Positions 49,336-63,250 of a stretch of DNA of 64,000 bases are shown here, one piece after another (position 1 is the first letter of the stretch; the number at the start of each line of letters is the position of its first letter). The stretch is taken from assembly GCA_977030845.1 (NCBI GenBank), contig OZ365112.1, positions 8,246,001 through 8,310,000 of the forward strand, written 5' to 3'. The DNA comes from Fimbriosthenelais zetlandica. Its lineage: Eukaryota. Made by a program: the position numbers and the translations under genes. The notes below the pieces were generated by a model, which saw only the letters and a list, made by a program, of their open reading frames with translations, made no database searches and had not been told where the DNA came from.

Positions 49336-52300
49336 TGTGTCATGGACAAAGTGACATGGAGGGTCATAATGGGAAATGACCATGGAGCAAGACATAGGGC
49401 AAGGAGGAGCTGACTCAGTGACCGGCCCTGGAGGAACAGACGGACAATAGAGAGGAAAACACGAGACCTGGTAATGGATGGACTAAATGTCCCAGATTGA
49501 TGTTGATAGAACTGCTCTAAAACAGTCACATAGCCAACAGGTTCATGACAGGTATCATCGATGGAAAATAACTGGCTGCCAAGCCTAAAAGCTTACTTCC
49601 ACAATCTATAAATCTGCATATTTTCATTGCTAAACGCCTTTTTCACTGGGCCCTTTGCATGTCCGGTTTGCAGCATCTAGGATATTCAGCACAGATTTTG
49701 TAAAGCACACTGTTCGTCCACATCCAGCTGATCTGCCCACCCCCACTGATCTAGCCAGCCTCCGGCCATCCAGCCCTTGTGATAGATTTGATGTTTTTTT
49801 CTCCATGAAGATGAAGCCATAACGTGCAGGCTGACCCTTGCTACATTACATCAAGCTGAACTGGACAGCAGGTGTCCGGCTGCCTCCTTTACCATCGGTT
49901 ACACCTCAGGCAGAAAGCAATTCCATAGGGGTTTGCTCACCCTTGACAACTCCCTGAGAGGGGTCACTCCCGGGTGCAGGGGAGGTCGCCCACTCCGATG
50001 CTGCCCTGGTGTCAGGCCTTAGCACCACAATTATGTCCGTTATCAAAGGATATGTCAGGGAGTTGGTGCAGGACCTTTCATCATGCCGTAGTTTCGTATT
50101 CATAGGATCAGTGGTGGAGACGTGGGGTAGAGGAAGTCTCCTGGGGCTGGGGCTGATCCTTGCTAACCTGTGGTAGCTACATGCCATGGTCCGTCCATGG
50201 AAAGGTTAGGATGGCAGGGCAGTGGGCGAAATTAGGGGACTTTATCATCATGTCATGGCGATGGTTCATATAATGAGGACGACCAGCTAGATCTGTGTGG
50301 TCAGCCAGGGGACATAAAGGGATGAAACTGAAGAATTATGGGCCATTTATTATTCTATTATCAGAGACGCATAAACTTTTGCTTTAGGTTATTTCTGTGT
50401 CAGTGTATCTTCAAACAAATGTAAATGTTATTGGAATAAACATGGAAATGAGAATCATGTAATGGGTAATAATTTGACAGGCCTATATACATGATGTACA
50501 TCAAGCAATATTGACATACAGCAAATAGCATAAAGCAAACAGAATAATATTATAGCGAAGTTCCATTCTTATATAAAATTGTAAAATAATGGCCAGTGTA
50601 CATACTACTTTCTACATCAAAGTCCAAAGGAATCGTCTAAACAGATCAAACTCAATCAATCATAGCCATTATCCACACTTGGATTTCTGGATCTCTGCAT
50701 CAGTGCTTCATCAGAAATTCTAGTGAAACTGAGAATAAAACCAAAAGAGGCCTGTAAGCCAGGAAGAAAACAATATGCCTGCAGGCCTTAACCAAATCCT
50801 GATTAATGTAAACACTTCTTATGAATATTTAACTCGTTCAGGGCTTGATGTGCTGGTGAAAATACGATCTGATTTTAATTTGAACTCCTTTTTCCCCGCT
50901 CCAGTCGCTGCCACTTCAATATCAGATGTTGTAGGGGCATGAAAAATTCACACGTGCCCCCATCAAATCATGGCAATTACGTTAGGAACAGATTGTGCTT
51001 GCTGTTAATCTAATGCTTTTCATTGTCTGCGAGCTGGCTGAATTATTAAAAGCCGATGCATCGCTGAGGAGGACCCTGTCATGTTGAATCTGTGGCAGCG
51101 AGATGATCTTAATCGAAGAGATCGAAGAAACGTTGTTATGCTGTGAAGTGAGCCAGCAGAGGATTGGTTGTTCTTTGTGTCAGGATAACTTAATGTGCTC
51201 ATTTGCTGGCAAGTCCTCCACTTCCAGGTCTCCCACTGTTCACCAATGCAATACCAGCACCTCCCCATGGTGTGCGTCAAACATCATAAGTCAGAGAGGT
51301 GTATATCTTATTTCAGTGCCCACACTCGATGCATCATTTAAGACTCGGGAACTAGATATGCTGTTCTGCGATAGAATAATCGCACACCACTAGGTGCAGG
51401 TTTTCTCCACTACTTCTGCCATATAAAAGTATGAAAATAACCCTGTTAAATGTATGAGGTTTGGCGATGAGGGATATAGGGCATAGGCCTAATCCTAGGG
51501 GTCCAGAATAAAATTAGTTTTCCCTTCTTGAGTACTATCAGGGAAACAATTTCATTGCAAGCCAGTTAAATGTGATTGTTTTAGGATGGCTGGGCGCAGT
51601 TGAAGCCATTACGAGCTGGGCTATAGATGGGAATGGAGGCAGGAGGTGGGTTTAATGAGATTTGTAGAGTGTCGAGTATTTAGCTATGATAACTTATGGC
51701 TGACGTTTGGAATGAAGCAGCGAGATGTGTGAGCACCATGCGGGCGTCTATCAACACACTCATCTCGTGCTTCTTTCATTAGCCTCCCCGCCCTCCCCAA
51801 CCCAACCTCCATTCATCATGCCCCCTTATGTTCCACTCGGACAGATTTTCAGCGCGAACCTATCAACCTTTTCTCACTTAGAGAGCAATTTATTGCCGGA
51901 CCATGCTCGTTGCCTGTCGAAGTGGCATTCGCCTGTCGTAACTTTTCGTCTGTGGTGGTGAATTCGTCCCCGATTGCTGATCCATCTTTGCTGGCCGAGC
52001 CTGGTTCCTGACAGAGGCCAACGAAGGAGAGAGTTTGTCCCCGTCACAGCATGGCCCCACTGGTCTGATTGCTCATTGGCACAAAACAAGGGGGCCCGTG
52101 AAGGATCCAGGCCCCCAACGCCTGGTTAATCATTGAAACAGGCCATATAATGACCATATTCAATTACTATGTCTTCACCTGGGGCGCTGCCAAGTTATTT
52201 GTTCGTCACATCCAACTTGATGCTGGGATCTCTATCATGTAGGGTGGGACCAGCCTTTGCATGCTCCATGTCCGTAGCCGGTGGGGGTTTCCTCCTGGCT

Positions 52301-55300
52301 GTGTGGAAATACTGCCGGGCTATCTTTCCCCCTAAATGCCAATATGAGAGAAATAGGATGATAATTCCTGGCCATCCACATAGCAATATGGGAGCGGAAA
52401 GGAGGTTATATATAGACAGATAGCACACTATGTCTGCCGGGGGTTCCCACCACAAAAAGGCCATTTTTGCTGTGATTATATCTCCAAGGAATCCCCATCA
52501 TTTATTTCTCTCTCAGAGCTTTATCTATTCCATAAATAAACCCGGGGTAATTATGAATCCAACAAACTCATAGAACTTCTTTCTTCACTGTTCGGTAGAA
52601 ATATGGGCTAATCTCGGAGGTAATTAAAGCAAATATGATAGGGGAATTTCAACATACGACAATTAGCACATTAATTCATATCATCACTCGGATATTGGGG
52701 CTGGAGGGGTGGAGGGGGATTATTTCATCCGCTCGTCATTAGCGCTTGTCTGTCACAGCAAATAGGAACGCGCACAACTCGTCTAATTGCCTGCTGCGAG
52801 TTGGACCTTGTGTCACAGTTTGGGATAACTCGAAATGATTGAATTAATTCTGTACTTGTCATAGCCTGTCTCCTCATATTCGAGCAGGGTGAGGAAAAAA
52901 GCATGGTTGATTGCTTATTGTATTTTGCTTCGTGTCAATCCTGCTAAATAGATTTGCGAGGGGAGAGCTAATTGGAAACGGTAGTTGCCCCAAAAACAAA
53001 AGGCCTCGGTTCGAGGATTGAGCAAAGACGAGGATTTTCCTGCGATATGCAAGGAAGCGTCCCACACATAATAAGACGATAATGATTCATTGAGTGTTTT
53101 CAATATGAAAGAACCATATCCATATGTGTATTTATCTCGCATTAATTAATGGTTTTTCTATATGGAGAGGGAGGGTATTATTTATGAATGAATTGTCTCT
53201 TCAGTATAAAGCCTTATATCCATGTAGCCGTTTTCTTGGCATACATCAGGTCGACGCGTCAATTGCCCATAAGCAATTGATGGGCCTTCTAAAGTACGAC
53301 TCACATACGTCAAGGAAATGGCCGGGTAGACATAAGGCAGTGCATAGCCTACTTGAGGCGACACCGATGAGGGCTTTAGATACACAATACCAGTGAAGAC
53401 GCAGTGGCATGTTGAAATTTTTTCAACAATTCCACCAGATTACAACGCCATCCACTCCATCAGCAGGTGGTGGTGGACTTAAGCCGTCCGTTACGACAAG
53501 GGCAGAATCAGGCGGATTACAAAAATGCTGATTCATTCAAGAGGCCTACGATGACAGCCAAGACAGACGTCGGCTTGAATGCTCCATCTTTTTTTCATAC
53601 AAGAAGGAAGAGTAGAGGGAGTGGTGGGAGCAAAGTCCCCATCAGCCGGGCTTGTTTGAGAGTGTATTAAGTGTCATCGTCTGAAGGCTGAGTTCTCCTG
53701 ACCGTTAAGTACTCCCTCTACCGGTGATGATAATGCTTCGCGTCTCTCGCTTGATCCGTGGACGAGTCATCATAGGGTTTATTGGCCTGCGGCATGGCAG
53801 CCCATCCATTCTGCCGAGACTTAACTTGCTACCAGGGTGTCATCGCAAACAAATGCCCATAATGGATAGAGGGTTTTTGCCTCTAAGGATGAGGTGTAGG
53901 CTGTGAGGACAAAAGCGTGGTACAGTCCATTTCACACAGTGTGATCCCGTCACAAGCCTGCTGCGTCGGTTAATTGATGGTCTGATTTGGCGCTAAAAGA
54001 CGCTTAAGTGCTTAGACCCTACCCGAGGGGTGTTGGGCGCTCCACCTGTGGCGGGAGGATGTACTAAGAAGTGTAGAAGGTAAACTTATGGGTCCCGCTG
54101 TGGCTCATCAAACTACATCACGAAGGGGATCACGTGGTGACGAGATTATGGAAATGAGACGGCCCATCCTCGAGCAAAGCGCGAGAAATGTGAACGGGAT
54201 GGCGCGAGATGTGCCGCTCTGTTGGCTATGAAAGTGTACACCATGAGTGTGGACTAGTGCAGATGATAATATAAATGCCTCCACTGGGAGAGACGAGAGG
54301 CGAAGCTGCGTGATTAGGCTAGAGTTACGGTGGAAATATGTCGCTCACTCGGGAGACAGCTGTCGCCTCCGTGGCCATACAGATATGTAGTCGAGCCTGG
54401 TTGCCCCTCTTGGGACTTTAATCACATCTTAGCTTTTCTTCTAATTTCCAACATAGAGATAAAGGTCCCCCTGGGTTGTTGCATGAAGCACTGACTAGGC
54501 CACATGTTCCTTTCCTTTTAATGTTGCCGTGTGGGTTTATAAAAACCCCCAACTCCATTGGTTGTATGTAATAATAATTCAGCATGCCTTTGGTCCAAGG
54601 TGTAATGCCCCTGAGCCTCTGTATCAGTCCTGTTCAGCATAACTGAATGATAAGCGCAATAAGCAAGCACAGTACAAATCCCCTGGTGCCGACGGCCATC
54701 TTAGATGCAACTTCCCATCCCGCAGCCCAACCACCTCTCTCCCCAATTCCCCTACAGTTTACTGTTCCCACACACAAAGGTGGGATTTATATCAAGCCAA
54801 ATCTCACATTCATATATAGATTTTTTCTTCCTTGTTTTCACAGGAGTGTTTTGTATCTGTCTCAGCCTAATAAATCCTGGAACAGTCTGTAGGAGCGGTA
54901 CTAGACAGAGACAAGCCCCTGGGGAAATACTTACCAAAGTCCTTAAATACAGAACGAGAAACTCAGGAGTAGCTCATGTATGATGTTTATGCTCGGCTTT
55001 TACAATAAGTATACCTCCATACACCATCATTCCGCATTGCTAAGAATCTTAAAAAGTTCCACTTTCAGCATCATCTAACTTTTACCAATCACCTGTCCTG
55101 GCATTCCTCAGAGTGCCTCTTCTCTGTACATTAAAAATTTGTAAAGTTCCAGCAGTGGGTGTATAGAGTGTTGGAGCGACTCTGGGAGCAGCTCGCGGTG
55201 CGGGGTGGACAGATTAAACCCAGGCTTTTCATGCCTCGTCACGGGGTCAGACCAGGCGCTGTCTGCCGGGGCTTTATGAATAGTATACATCATATATGGC

Positions 55301-57329
55301 TTAGGCCCAAGATTTTGTGCTGACAGGATAAGCCTGCTTAATCCGACATACTAGTCCTCGCCAGCTTTTGCTCGGCAGCCGGTAAGATTAGGCCGACACC
55401 CGTCACATTGCCACTGACATGATCTAGCTTCCCTAGACCGGCCCTGCCTGCCAACACTCACTGATTTCATTATCACCTCCTGGCGCTATGAAATGATTTC
55501 ATTAGTTTTAATAGGGATTTGCACATTCATTGTGGAATTTCGCCCGATTAGAGTGAGGGGGTGCTGAGAAGAGGCGGCGAGGATTTGTGGTCGCCTAATC
55601 CAATACAAATCAGAGCTTGTTGGGAGTCTACTAAAACATGGCTGAAAGCTTAGTGGGTGTCATCTGGATCCTGGATCATCCCGACTCAGCTGATCTCCCG
55701 GTGAACACCATTAAACCCCGATCACCACTGTATCAACACTACACACGGATTACCGTCTACATAGCTGGAGGTGCTATGTACAAAAGCCTATGGGCGCGCC
55801 CACTGAAATCATTCATATGCAATATATTCCCACTATATTTCTCGCGCATAAGTAATTAAGTCAATCCAGAAAAGTCATCCCATATATAATTTATATATCA
55901 GATTTACTATCCCCTCTGGGCAAGTAAAAAAAAAATGGGAAGAAATTAAATTGGAAATGATTAATCCAGATGCTGACGGGGGATGTATTGGGGGACTTTA
56001 TTCAGCAGATGGAGAATATTCGGGGAGAGCATCATTAATGTAAAAGACCTCGTTTGTATGCAAAGTTAAGTCAACAAGAGGTGATATGTGTGGGTTGTGT
56101 TTGTCCAACCTCAGATGGTGAGTGTTGAGATGCTGGGATTAGTGCATCACCATTACAGTGTGTTTTGTGGGGCCAGCAGAGCGGAGGGCCAACTGCTAAT
56201 CATGTCTTTGACTTAACTGATTAATAGCGATAAGTGATTGTGTGCTGAAGGAAATCAATTATGATTGGGGATCTTTTGTTTGGAGCATCAGCTGCGGGGG
56301 CTGTGTTGTGTCAATTACGGGTTTGAATAATACAGTGCATTAACATTTACATGAAGAATACGCTTCTTTCACCACTGCATAATCACTTTCACTTTCATTG
56401 CCACAATCAAAGATGATAGCTTTGAGTAGCTCTTGAAGTAATAACAGTTCTTCAACTTCAGAATTTAATATTAACAATCCACGGAAAACATAAAATCTTC
56501 AACAGGGCTGTAGAGTACCCATGATCGAATTGATCTCCAACGGAACAAAGCTTACAAAATGGAGCTTTGTCTCCACGGATTGCAGAAAAAAACTGAATTT
56601 TTATGTCGACATATAATTATGACAAATGCGTCTAAAGTTATATGGGAAATTGATGTACCGACCAGCCATACATCAAGAACACAGCCCTGATAACCTATGG
56701 CTTGAAAATACTGCAAATCACTCTTATTTGCATGTATTACATTTGGTATTTTTTGTGTTTATTCAGGGGATAGCTAGTTTGTATCCAAAAACTATTTTAC
56801 AAGGATTGGGCTCACATGGCGCCGGAAGTGGATGAAGATTTCAAATCAGTAACAACAGGACAAAAAAGCTGTGCACTATCAGAATAAATATGTTGCTAAC
56901 ATGATCTGATACACGGCCACCAGACACCCTTCTTTTTCTACCATCTGCTTTGTCTAACCTTCCAAGCCCTAATCAACATCAAACGAGTTGGGACTGTAAT
57001 TAAGGATAAAGGCCGATATGGCGCTGTGATCGCCTTACCCCTGACAAACACAGCTGTCAGTCAACATCAAGGCTTCACACCAAATAGCCTGAACAGATTG
57101 GTCAATGTTCACCACTGGAAACCTAAAAGGTAACTGTACTTGAAGTAGAACAATTGGAAAACTCCTCACACAAAAGAATCCAACCCCGTGTACCACGACC
57201 CTTGATTGGTCATTCATTTGTGATAGCATCGCTGCCTCTTCGATAATCCGACCAACTTTTGTGGAACCAGTCATGCGTGAACTGGTTGAATTACATCAAA
57301 GCAATGAAAATCGCATTAATAACCACAAT

Positions 57330-57700
57330 GAAAAGTTAAGTCTGGGGGATACGGTCGGCTGCTTTTGCCCTTTCTCATTGTCCCGACCACTGGGGCGTGA
57401 CGGGCAATCTGGACGTGCGAAAACGCCACGCGACCAGGGCAGGGTTCTAAAGTCGCGGCCATATTGACGGTCAAGTGACGCGCACGTCGCTGCCTTAACG
57501 CCCCGACGTCCTTCATTATTGTTCTGACGTCAAAGACGCTCGTGACGTTTTGATCTGATGGGTCCACGCCCTCTGACCACACCCAAAACACGAGATCAAA
57601 GACCCCGCCTTGTCTACGTCAACACGTGGTGGGTTTAACGCTGAACCAAGCAAAACAGATGTCTGAATGGGCGGGGGGTGACGAGGCCTCCGCCACCTGG
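57330..57700. promoter_or_regulatory. CpG-rich ACGT-core motif island (promoter/enhancer-like)
   Basis: TGACGTCA at 57525-57532, CACGTG at 57623-57628, several further TGACG cores, GC boxes (accccgcc, gggcgggg). Nearby CATGGCGCCGGAAGTG (YY1/ETS-like) at 56815-56830. Confidence 0.45.
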
Positions 57701-57958
57701 TCCCTAAACACAGGTCCGTATGAGAATGACTCTATATAGGTGATATTATGCTTCCTGGATGGCCTCTGCGAATCAGCACCTGGCCTCCTGATGAAATCTA
57801 GGTCGGGTTTGTTTACTTGAACATGGTGGGTTAACTATACATGAACATCTATGTCATCTATGCAAACTATTATCATTCCTGTCCATATTTACAGAATAAT
57901 ATTTAGGGAACAGCTGGCTGAATTAATATTAATAATAAAATAATTAATTAATAATAAC

Positions 57959-57980
57959 ATGACCTCCAATTGGAGGTCAT
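57959..57980. repeat. Perfect 22-bp palindrome ATGACCTCCAATTGGAGGTCAT
   Basis: Direct reading. The sequence equals its own reverse complement. Confidence 0.9.
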
Positions 57981-60900
57981 TTTTTCTCATTTACTTGTTA
58001 TCTTATTATGTTTTGTCTATATATGGCTTTGACACACAGGATTGTTACTCTGGCATAGTTAGCTTGGTACAGAGAAGGGTGATAAAGAATCTATGCCTGT
58101 CAGTGGTAAAGTACAGCCCAGGTCGGGGCTAATCTTGGCTTATCAGGATCCCTTTTCGGGTAATGAAGGAACCCCTCATGATAAATAACCCCTTCTCCCT
58201 TATATGCCACCCTACACACAGCTCTAGGACCCAGGTCCAGTGGTAAAGTAGGTAGGTAAACAATATACAAACCCGGAGAGGCAAGCGGCCACTGCATCTG
58301 TTGTCTTGCTTAGAACATAAGTGTACTGGGGGCCTAACAAGAACTTGATCAAATTACGTTGCTTTATTGGAATTAAGTGAAGATAAATTACTGAGTAGCT
58401 CCGGTGCAATTTGGCGACCCAGGGCGCGCCACCACCGTTACCATATTGCCTATAGTGGCATTAACGTCCAGATTTGAAGCTTATTAGATTAGTGGGGCTC
58501 GTATTAGGGAGGGAAGGTAGGCCGCAGACTTGTACACTTCACTTCTGCTTAGCTCTAATCATGTTCAGCTAAGATGAATGAGGCATTGGCTTGACGAGGC
58601 CGGGGTAGGAGCGTTCTGCTTCCACTAATTTGACTACCTGTAGAAGGAGGAAGGGCCACGACTGGGGTGAAATAGATCTGGGCTTTTTCTTGTCTTCCCT
58701 TTCTCTGCCTTTGAATGTCGCCATTAGAAACAGACACTGCTTTCATGGCTAATGCTGATGGATTGTAACCAATTTGATAAGTTTGCTTGTTTATGGATCA
58801 ATCTTCCTACTCAGTATAAAACAACTCGTGTGGCAAACCCTTTTAAGTTAAAAATATATCTAAATTTGAAAACTTAAAGTTTGAAAACTTCAAGTAACAC
58901 AATAGAGACTGTAAAACGTCAAAACAAATGGTATCTGAATAGGCAGTAGTAAGGAAAATGGGATATTTTTCAGGCAAAATGCTAATGCCTAGGAATAAAG
59001 AACGCAAGTAGTATATGGAAATATGACTTGTTATCTGGTAACGGTACTGAATACATGTAGAAAGTATAGTAGTATACAAAAGTGGAATTTTCCTATGGAA
59101 ATGCTAATGCTACATAATTACATCCCTGAGGCAATAATCACGGAAGATTAATACATGTCATAAGACTTCAAGAAGGACTATAATAACGATTCAATACAAA
59201 ATCTATTTGATCTGTTATCTCTGCTAAAGACTTTGATCCTGTCTCATATAGCTCAGTAATAACTGTAAAATGAAGCCCTGTTTCGAACTAAGCTCAGTCT
59301 TTATTCTCCACCCATCAATACTATTTGCATCCTATCTGTCTGGGTTTGCTTCAGTCTCTAGTTATGTGTCCAGCCAGGCTCCGGCTTGTCTGATATATGG
59401 CCTTATTGGTGTTGTGGATGCGACCCAAGCCCAATATGCGCATACAATGTCCAGTTGGGCTGATTATTTGGTGGCTGGGTACTTTATGTCGGGATTTATG
59501 TTTATAAGAGGCCTCGTGCGCTGAGCTAACCGTTATACCAAGACAAATCCCTATGGCAAACGTTGGACGTCCCCTGGCCAGTGGACACAGCATATTGGCC
59601 CAACCTGGCATGCCCGGTATATTTCATAGCCGGCATTTAGTCTGTCATAAATCCATATAAGAAAGTGGACGACCATCTTGGTCCTGCACCCGAGATTTGC
59701 TAAATCTGGCCAAACGACATCTCATTTGGTTGAGGATCGGGCAGGCGCAGGCTGAGCCCGCTGGACAGCTTAAGTCCTGCTGGCCTTTAGATCCCGATAT
59801 AAAACCAAACCTGGCTTGATGCTGACCAGACCCATGACCGGGAGAAATTAAAGCCATTTTGAATTGCCCCTACAGAGGGCTAAGTTCATCTGCTTGAAAC
59901 AATAAGCCAGTGACTTGGGCTTGATGAACCGGAAGGTCGCTGTAAACTGGCTCCAGATTAGAGGAGGATGGTCGGGTATGGATGAGCTATAGTGAATGCA
60001 TGCCGCAGGCTAGCATTGGCGATGTATTGGCTTGATAGAAAGGGGTGCTCTCTCCCACCACCTCCCCACGCCCCTGCCATGAGAAGATTTGCAGAGCCGC
60101 GCCTCTGTCATGTTATAAAATTTGACAAGACCAGGGTGGGATGTTTTAGGCACCTGACACCATTTACTGTAGGTCATATGGTTACCTGGTCCTCCAGCCC
60201 AGCGCCTGGCCACTGCCTGAGGCCAGTCCATGACTGGCCTTTGTTTTTCTGATTTATCGCCCGACCAGGCCACTCGCCATGCCCTCCTCTGTCATCTCAG
60301 GGTCGACCATTACGCCCTTCCTACCTACCTTTCCATTAACTGGCCAAATCTGTCACGCCTGACCTCTGACACTCGCTTGTCTCCCTAATATCGCCTATGG
60401 CCACGTGTGGCAGCTCGAGATTCTCAAGTCGTCCGCGAGGTGACAGGGCCAGTGCGCCTTGGGCAGGGTGCTGGCTGTCCTTCCCCACAAAAGCCTGGCG
60501 GTTAGGCATTTTATAACGTAAGCACTGCTCAGGATGGGGTCAGATCCGAGTCAGGAAAGGCGACATGCTATCACCTCGATCCTGACTTCAACCTAGCCCT
60601 CTCTGACATGGAGGTTTTAACCTCCCACCACTGCCGCCAGTGCTTTTTAACTCGCGCCCACTTCGAGTCGCAGCAGGAAAATGCATTGTCTCCGCATTAC
60701 AAGGGACAAATTGGTTTAGGATTGAGCGCAGGTAAAATGTATGGAGTGCACTCTCAGGGTGCTGCCTATTCTTTCAGCCAGGGCAGGGGTGAGGCTGTGG
60801 GAGTTAAGGGACCTTTCACATTTCCCCTATAAGCTTTCTATTGTAGCATTGCAGGCTTTCCGGCCAGGCTTCCCAAGCCTGACTAACACAGATGCTGCTT

Positions 60901-63099
60901 TACCAAATCCACACTAGATGGCAGCTAGGTTCTGTACGATGCTGCTCTGTCAGATAACACAACATAATGCAGTGTTTCGCAAGGAAGTTTTCACCTCTAA
61001 AGAAACACCCAGCAGCTACCATTAGTATGAATATAATTAGATGAAATTACCATCAGTCTAAGGTCATCCATCAAGTCTGATCACCTGAATTTCATGAGGG
61101 CATATCATATTAGAGCAGCGCTATTGATGGACTTATGGTAATGAATTATCCATCTTAATAGTGCAGGTCCATATGCATCTCCATCCCCATAACTCATCGC
61201 TAACTCTGCATATTCAAAGATTGAGCCTTTGAATATGCGTCTTTCAGCTTCATTAGCTTCACTTTTCAATATTTCTACTCAGTCTATGTGGGGAATAACT
61301 AAGGTCTGACCTTTATTTTTGAGCGCTGACTCTGTCTGCCCTTTGTTTTTGCGGTATGAAGGAAATGAAAGTGCTGTGAGGCAGTGGTCTGTAGGGGTTG
61401 GGAGTGGGCGAGTGGCAGGCTTGTTTGATGCTGACAGGGACACAGTGTTTACAAATGAGATGTCATCTTTAGGATTCACCAGTCTCCTGATGGCCCTGAT
61501 CCCTATGCCTCAGGCCTCACATCCCCTGCTCCCTTCCTCCTCATGCCCCCTTTTTCTCTCCACTTGACTGTGCACAATTTTTCATACCTCACAGACTCCC
61601 GAACAGATTCCCCCCTAGCTGGAAATAGAAGATGTAGCGGACTGTTTCCACATCCCACCCGCCATGCAGATTGGCACAAGAGTTGTAATTAACCTTTCGT
61701 CTAGCGGGGAGACTCTGGTCTGACTGGAGCGCCGACCCGTGCAGTCACCCGCGTGGCCTGGAGGAGGCCCCGCCAGGATGCCCCCGGAGGACCCAGGACC
61801 TTAGCGGGGACCCCATCCTTCTCAGACGGCCCCACAAACCTGCAATCACCGAGCCCATTCACAGAGAGGTCACTCACTTTATAATGACTTTCTCCGACCG
61901 CCCAGCAATGAGTAATTCAGAAATAAATTTCCTTTCCATCTGGCTTGAGCGGCAGTCATCTGCTTGCACTTGGGAAGACGCTCTGTCATTTCTAGAATAT
62001 GCTTTTCATTTCGGGCCTGGCTTCGTAGCTTAAGAACAGAGGGATGTGGCCCTATTATGGAGGAGCTGCGCCCAAGACTGTCTGGCGCCAAGCAAGAGCT
62101 GGATTCGATCCCATACTCTTCTCCAATCATATTGCTTTCAGAGTGACTTCTGTCTGTCAAAACCAGGAATAGCCGTTATCAGATTCACTTTCATCTGAAT
62201 AGGAGGTCAATGGCTGGTCATGTTTGTATCGTTCTGAGGCCAGTTTTTTATGCCCACGCGGATGTGGAAGAAATGTGTGTGATATGCAGTATTTCTGCCC
62301 CTTTAGAGAAGCTGAAAAGATCTCTGATTGCCTACAAAATAGCAATATGATCACAAAGTCGCGGGGCATGACTTAAACCAATGTCATTGATCTTATATGG
62401 ACATACAAGAATTATAGGCTCCACTAGAAGAAGTTTAAAGAAAATGTCTCCAGCTTAATACTCGATATCTATAAGTCATTTTAGATGGGACATAATGGGA
62501 TATTGAATCATTGATTCAATCTATGTCAAAGTCAATTTCCACCCATTTTTACACCTTATTAAATACACTATACAACTTTGTCTAGAAATATATATGTTCC
62601 CGGATCTGAAAAATCTCCTGTCGACAATGGTGGTCTATAAAGAGAAAGTAATCATCATATTTAGGAGGTGTCTATTCAATTAAGTTACATGTCCCCCTGC
62701 TGACATAGAAGAATGCTTTTGTATGAATTCATGATTTCAGGTGCGAGAAGCAACAGTAGAGGAAGTCAGGGGAGTGTATATAGGTGGTATAGGTGAAGGC
62801 ATTGTCATTGTGACAATGTACCTATAATAGATTTACATATAAAGACGCAATCAGTGTCAACTACTCTGGTGGCATATCATTAGGTGTGAGAAGCCTCAGA
62901 TGTCAGACAGCTCCACACCTATTGCTGACTTAACACTGTATATTCTCCCCACACCTCATCAATTTGTCATTACTCAATCCCACCATTCACTCACACTTAC
63001 AACTCCCCTGTTCCGGTTGAGGGTATATCTGACCGATGGTTAGCTTAAGTGAGGGGAAGGCTGACAACCCCTTAGACTATTATAGGATGCTTTCTTTGC

Positions 63100-63250
63100 A
63101 AATGAAGGACCCGTCGTCGGCGAGGCGTGACAGGTATTGAAACCTCACCAAGCAACAGCAAAAACCTCGCCCGTCAGCCGACAGATGGCTCCCTGCTATT
63201 GTTGCTGCCATCTTGGACAATTGTCGTCTGCCCGTGACGTCATTTGACAT
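63100..63250. promoter_or_regulatory. Short promoter-like motif island
   Basis: TGACGTCA at 63235-63242, GCCATCTT (YY1 core) at 63207-63214, CAGATG E-box, CpG enrichment. Confidence 0.35.

Noticed and set aside
61588-61618. 31-nt minus-strand segment with a strong acceptor and donor
   Set aside because: No partner exons or recognisable peptide.
61879-62369. Adjacent minus ORFs with an acidic SDESESD stretch (possible decayed TE ORF)
   Set aside because: No catalytic or structural motif to support a family call.
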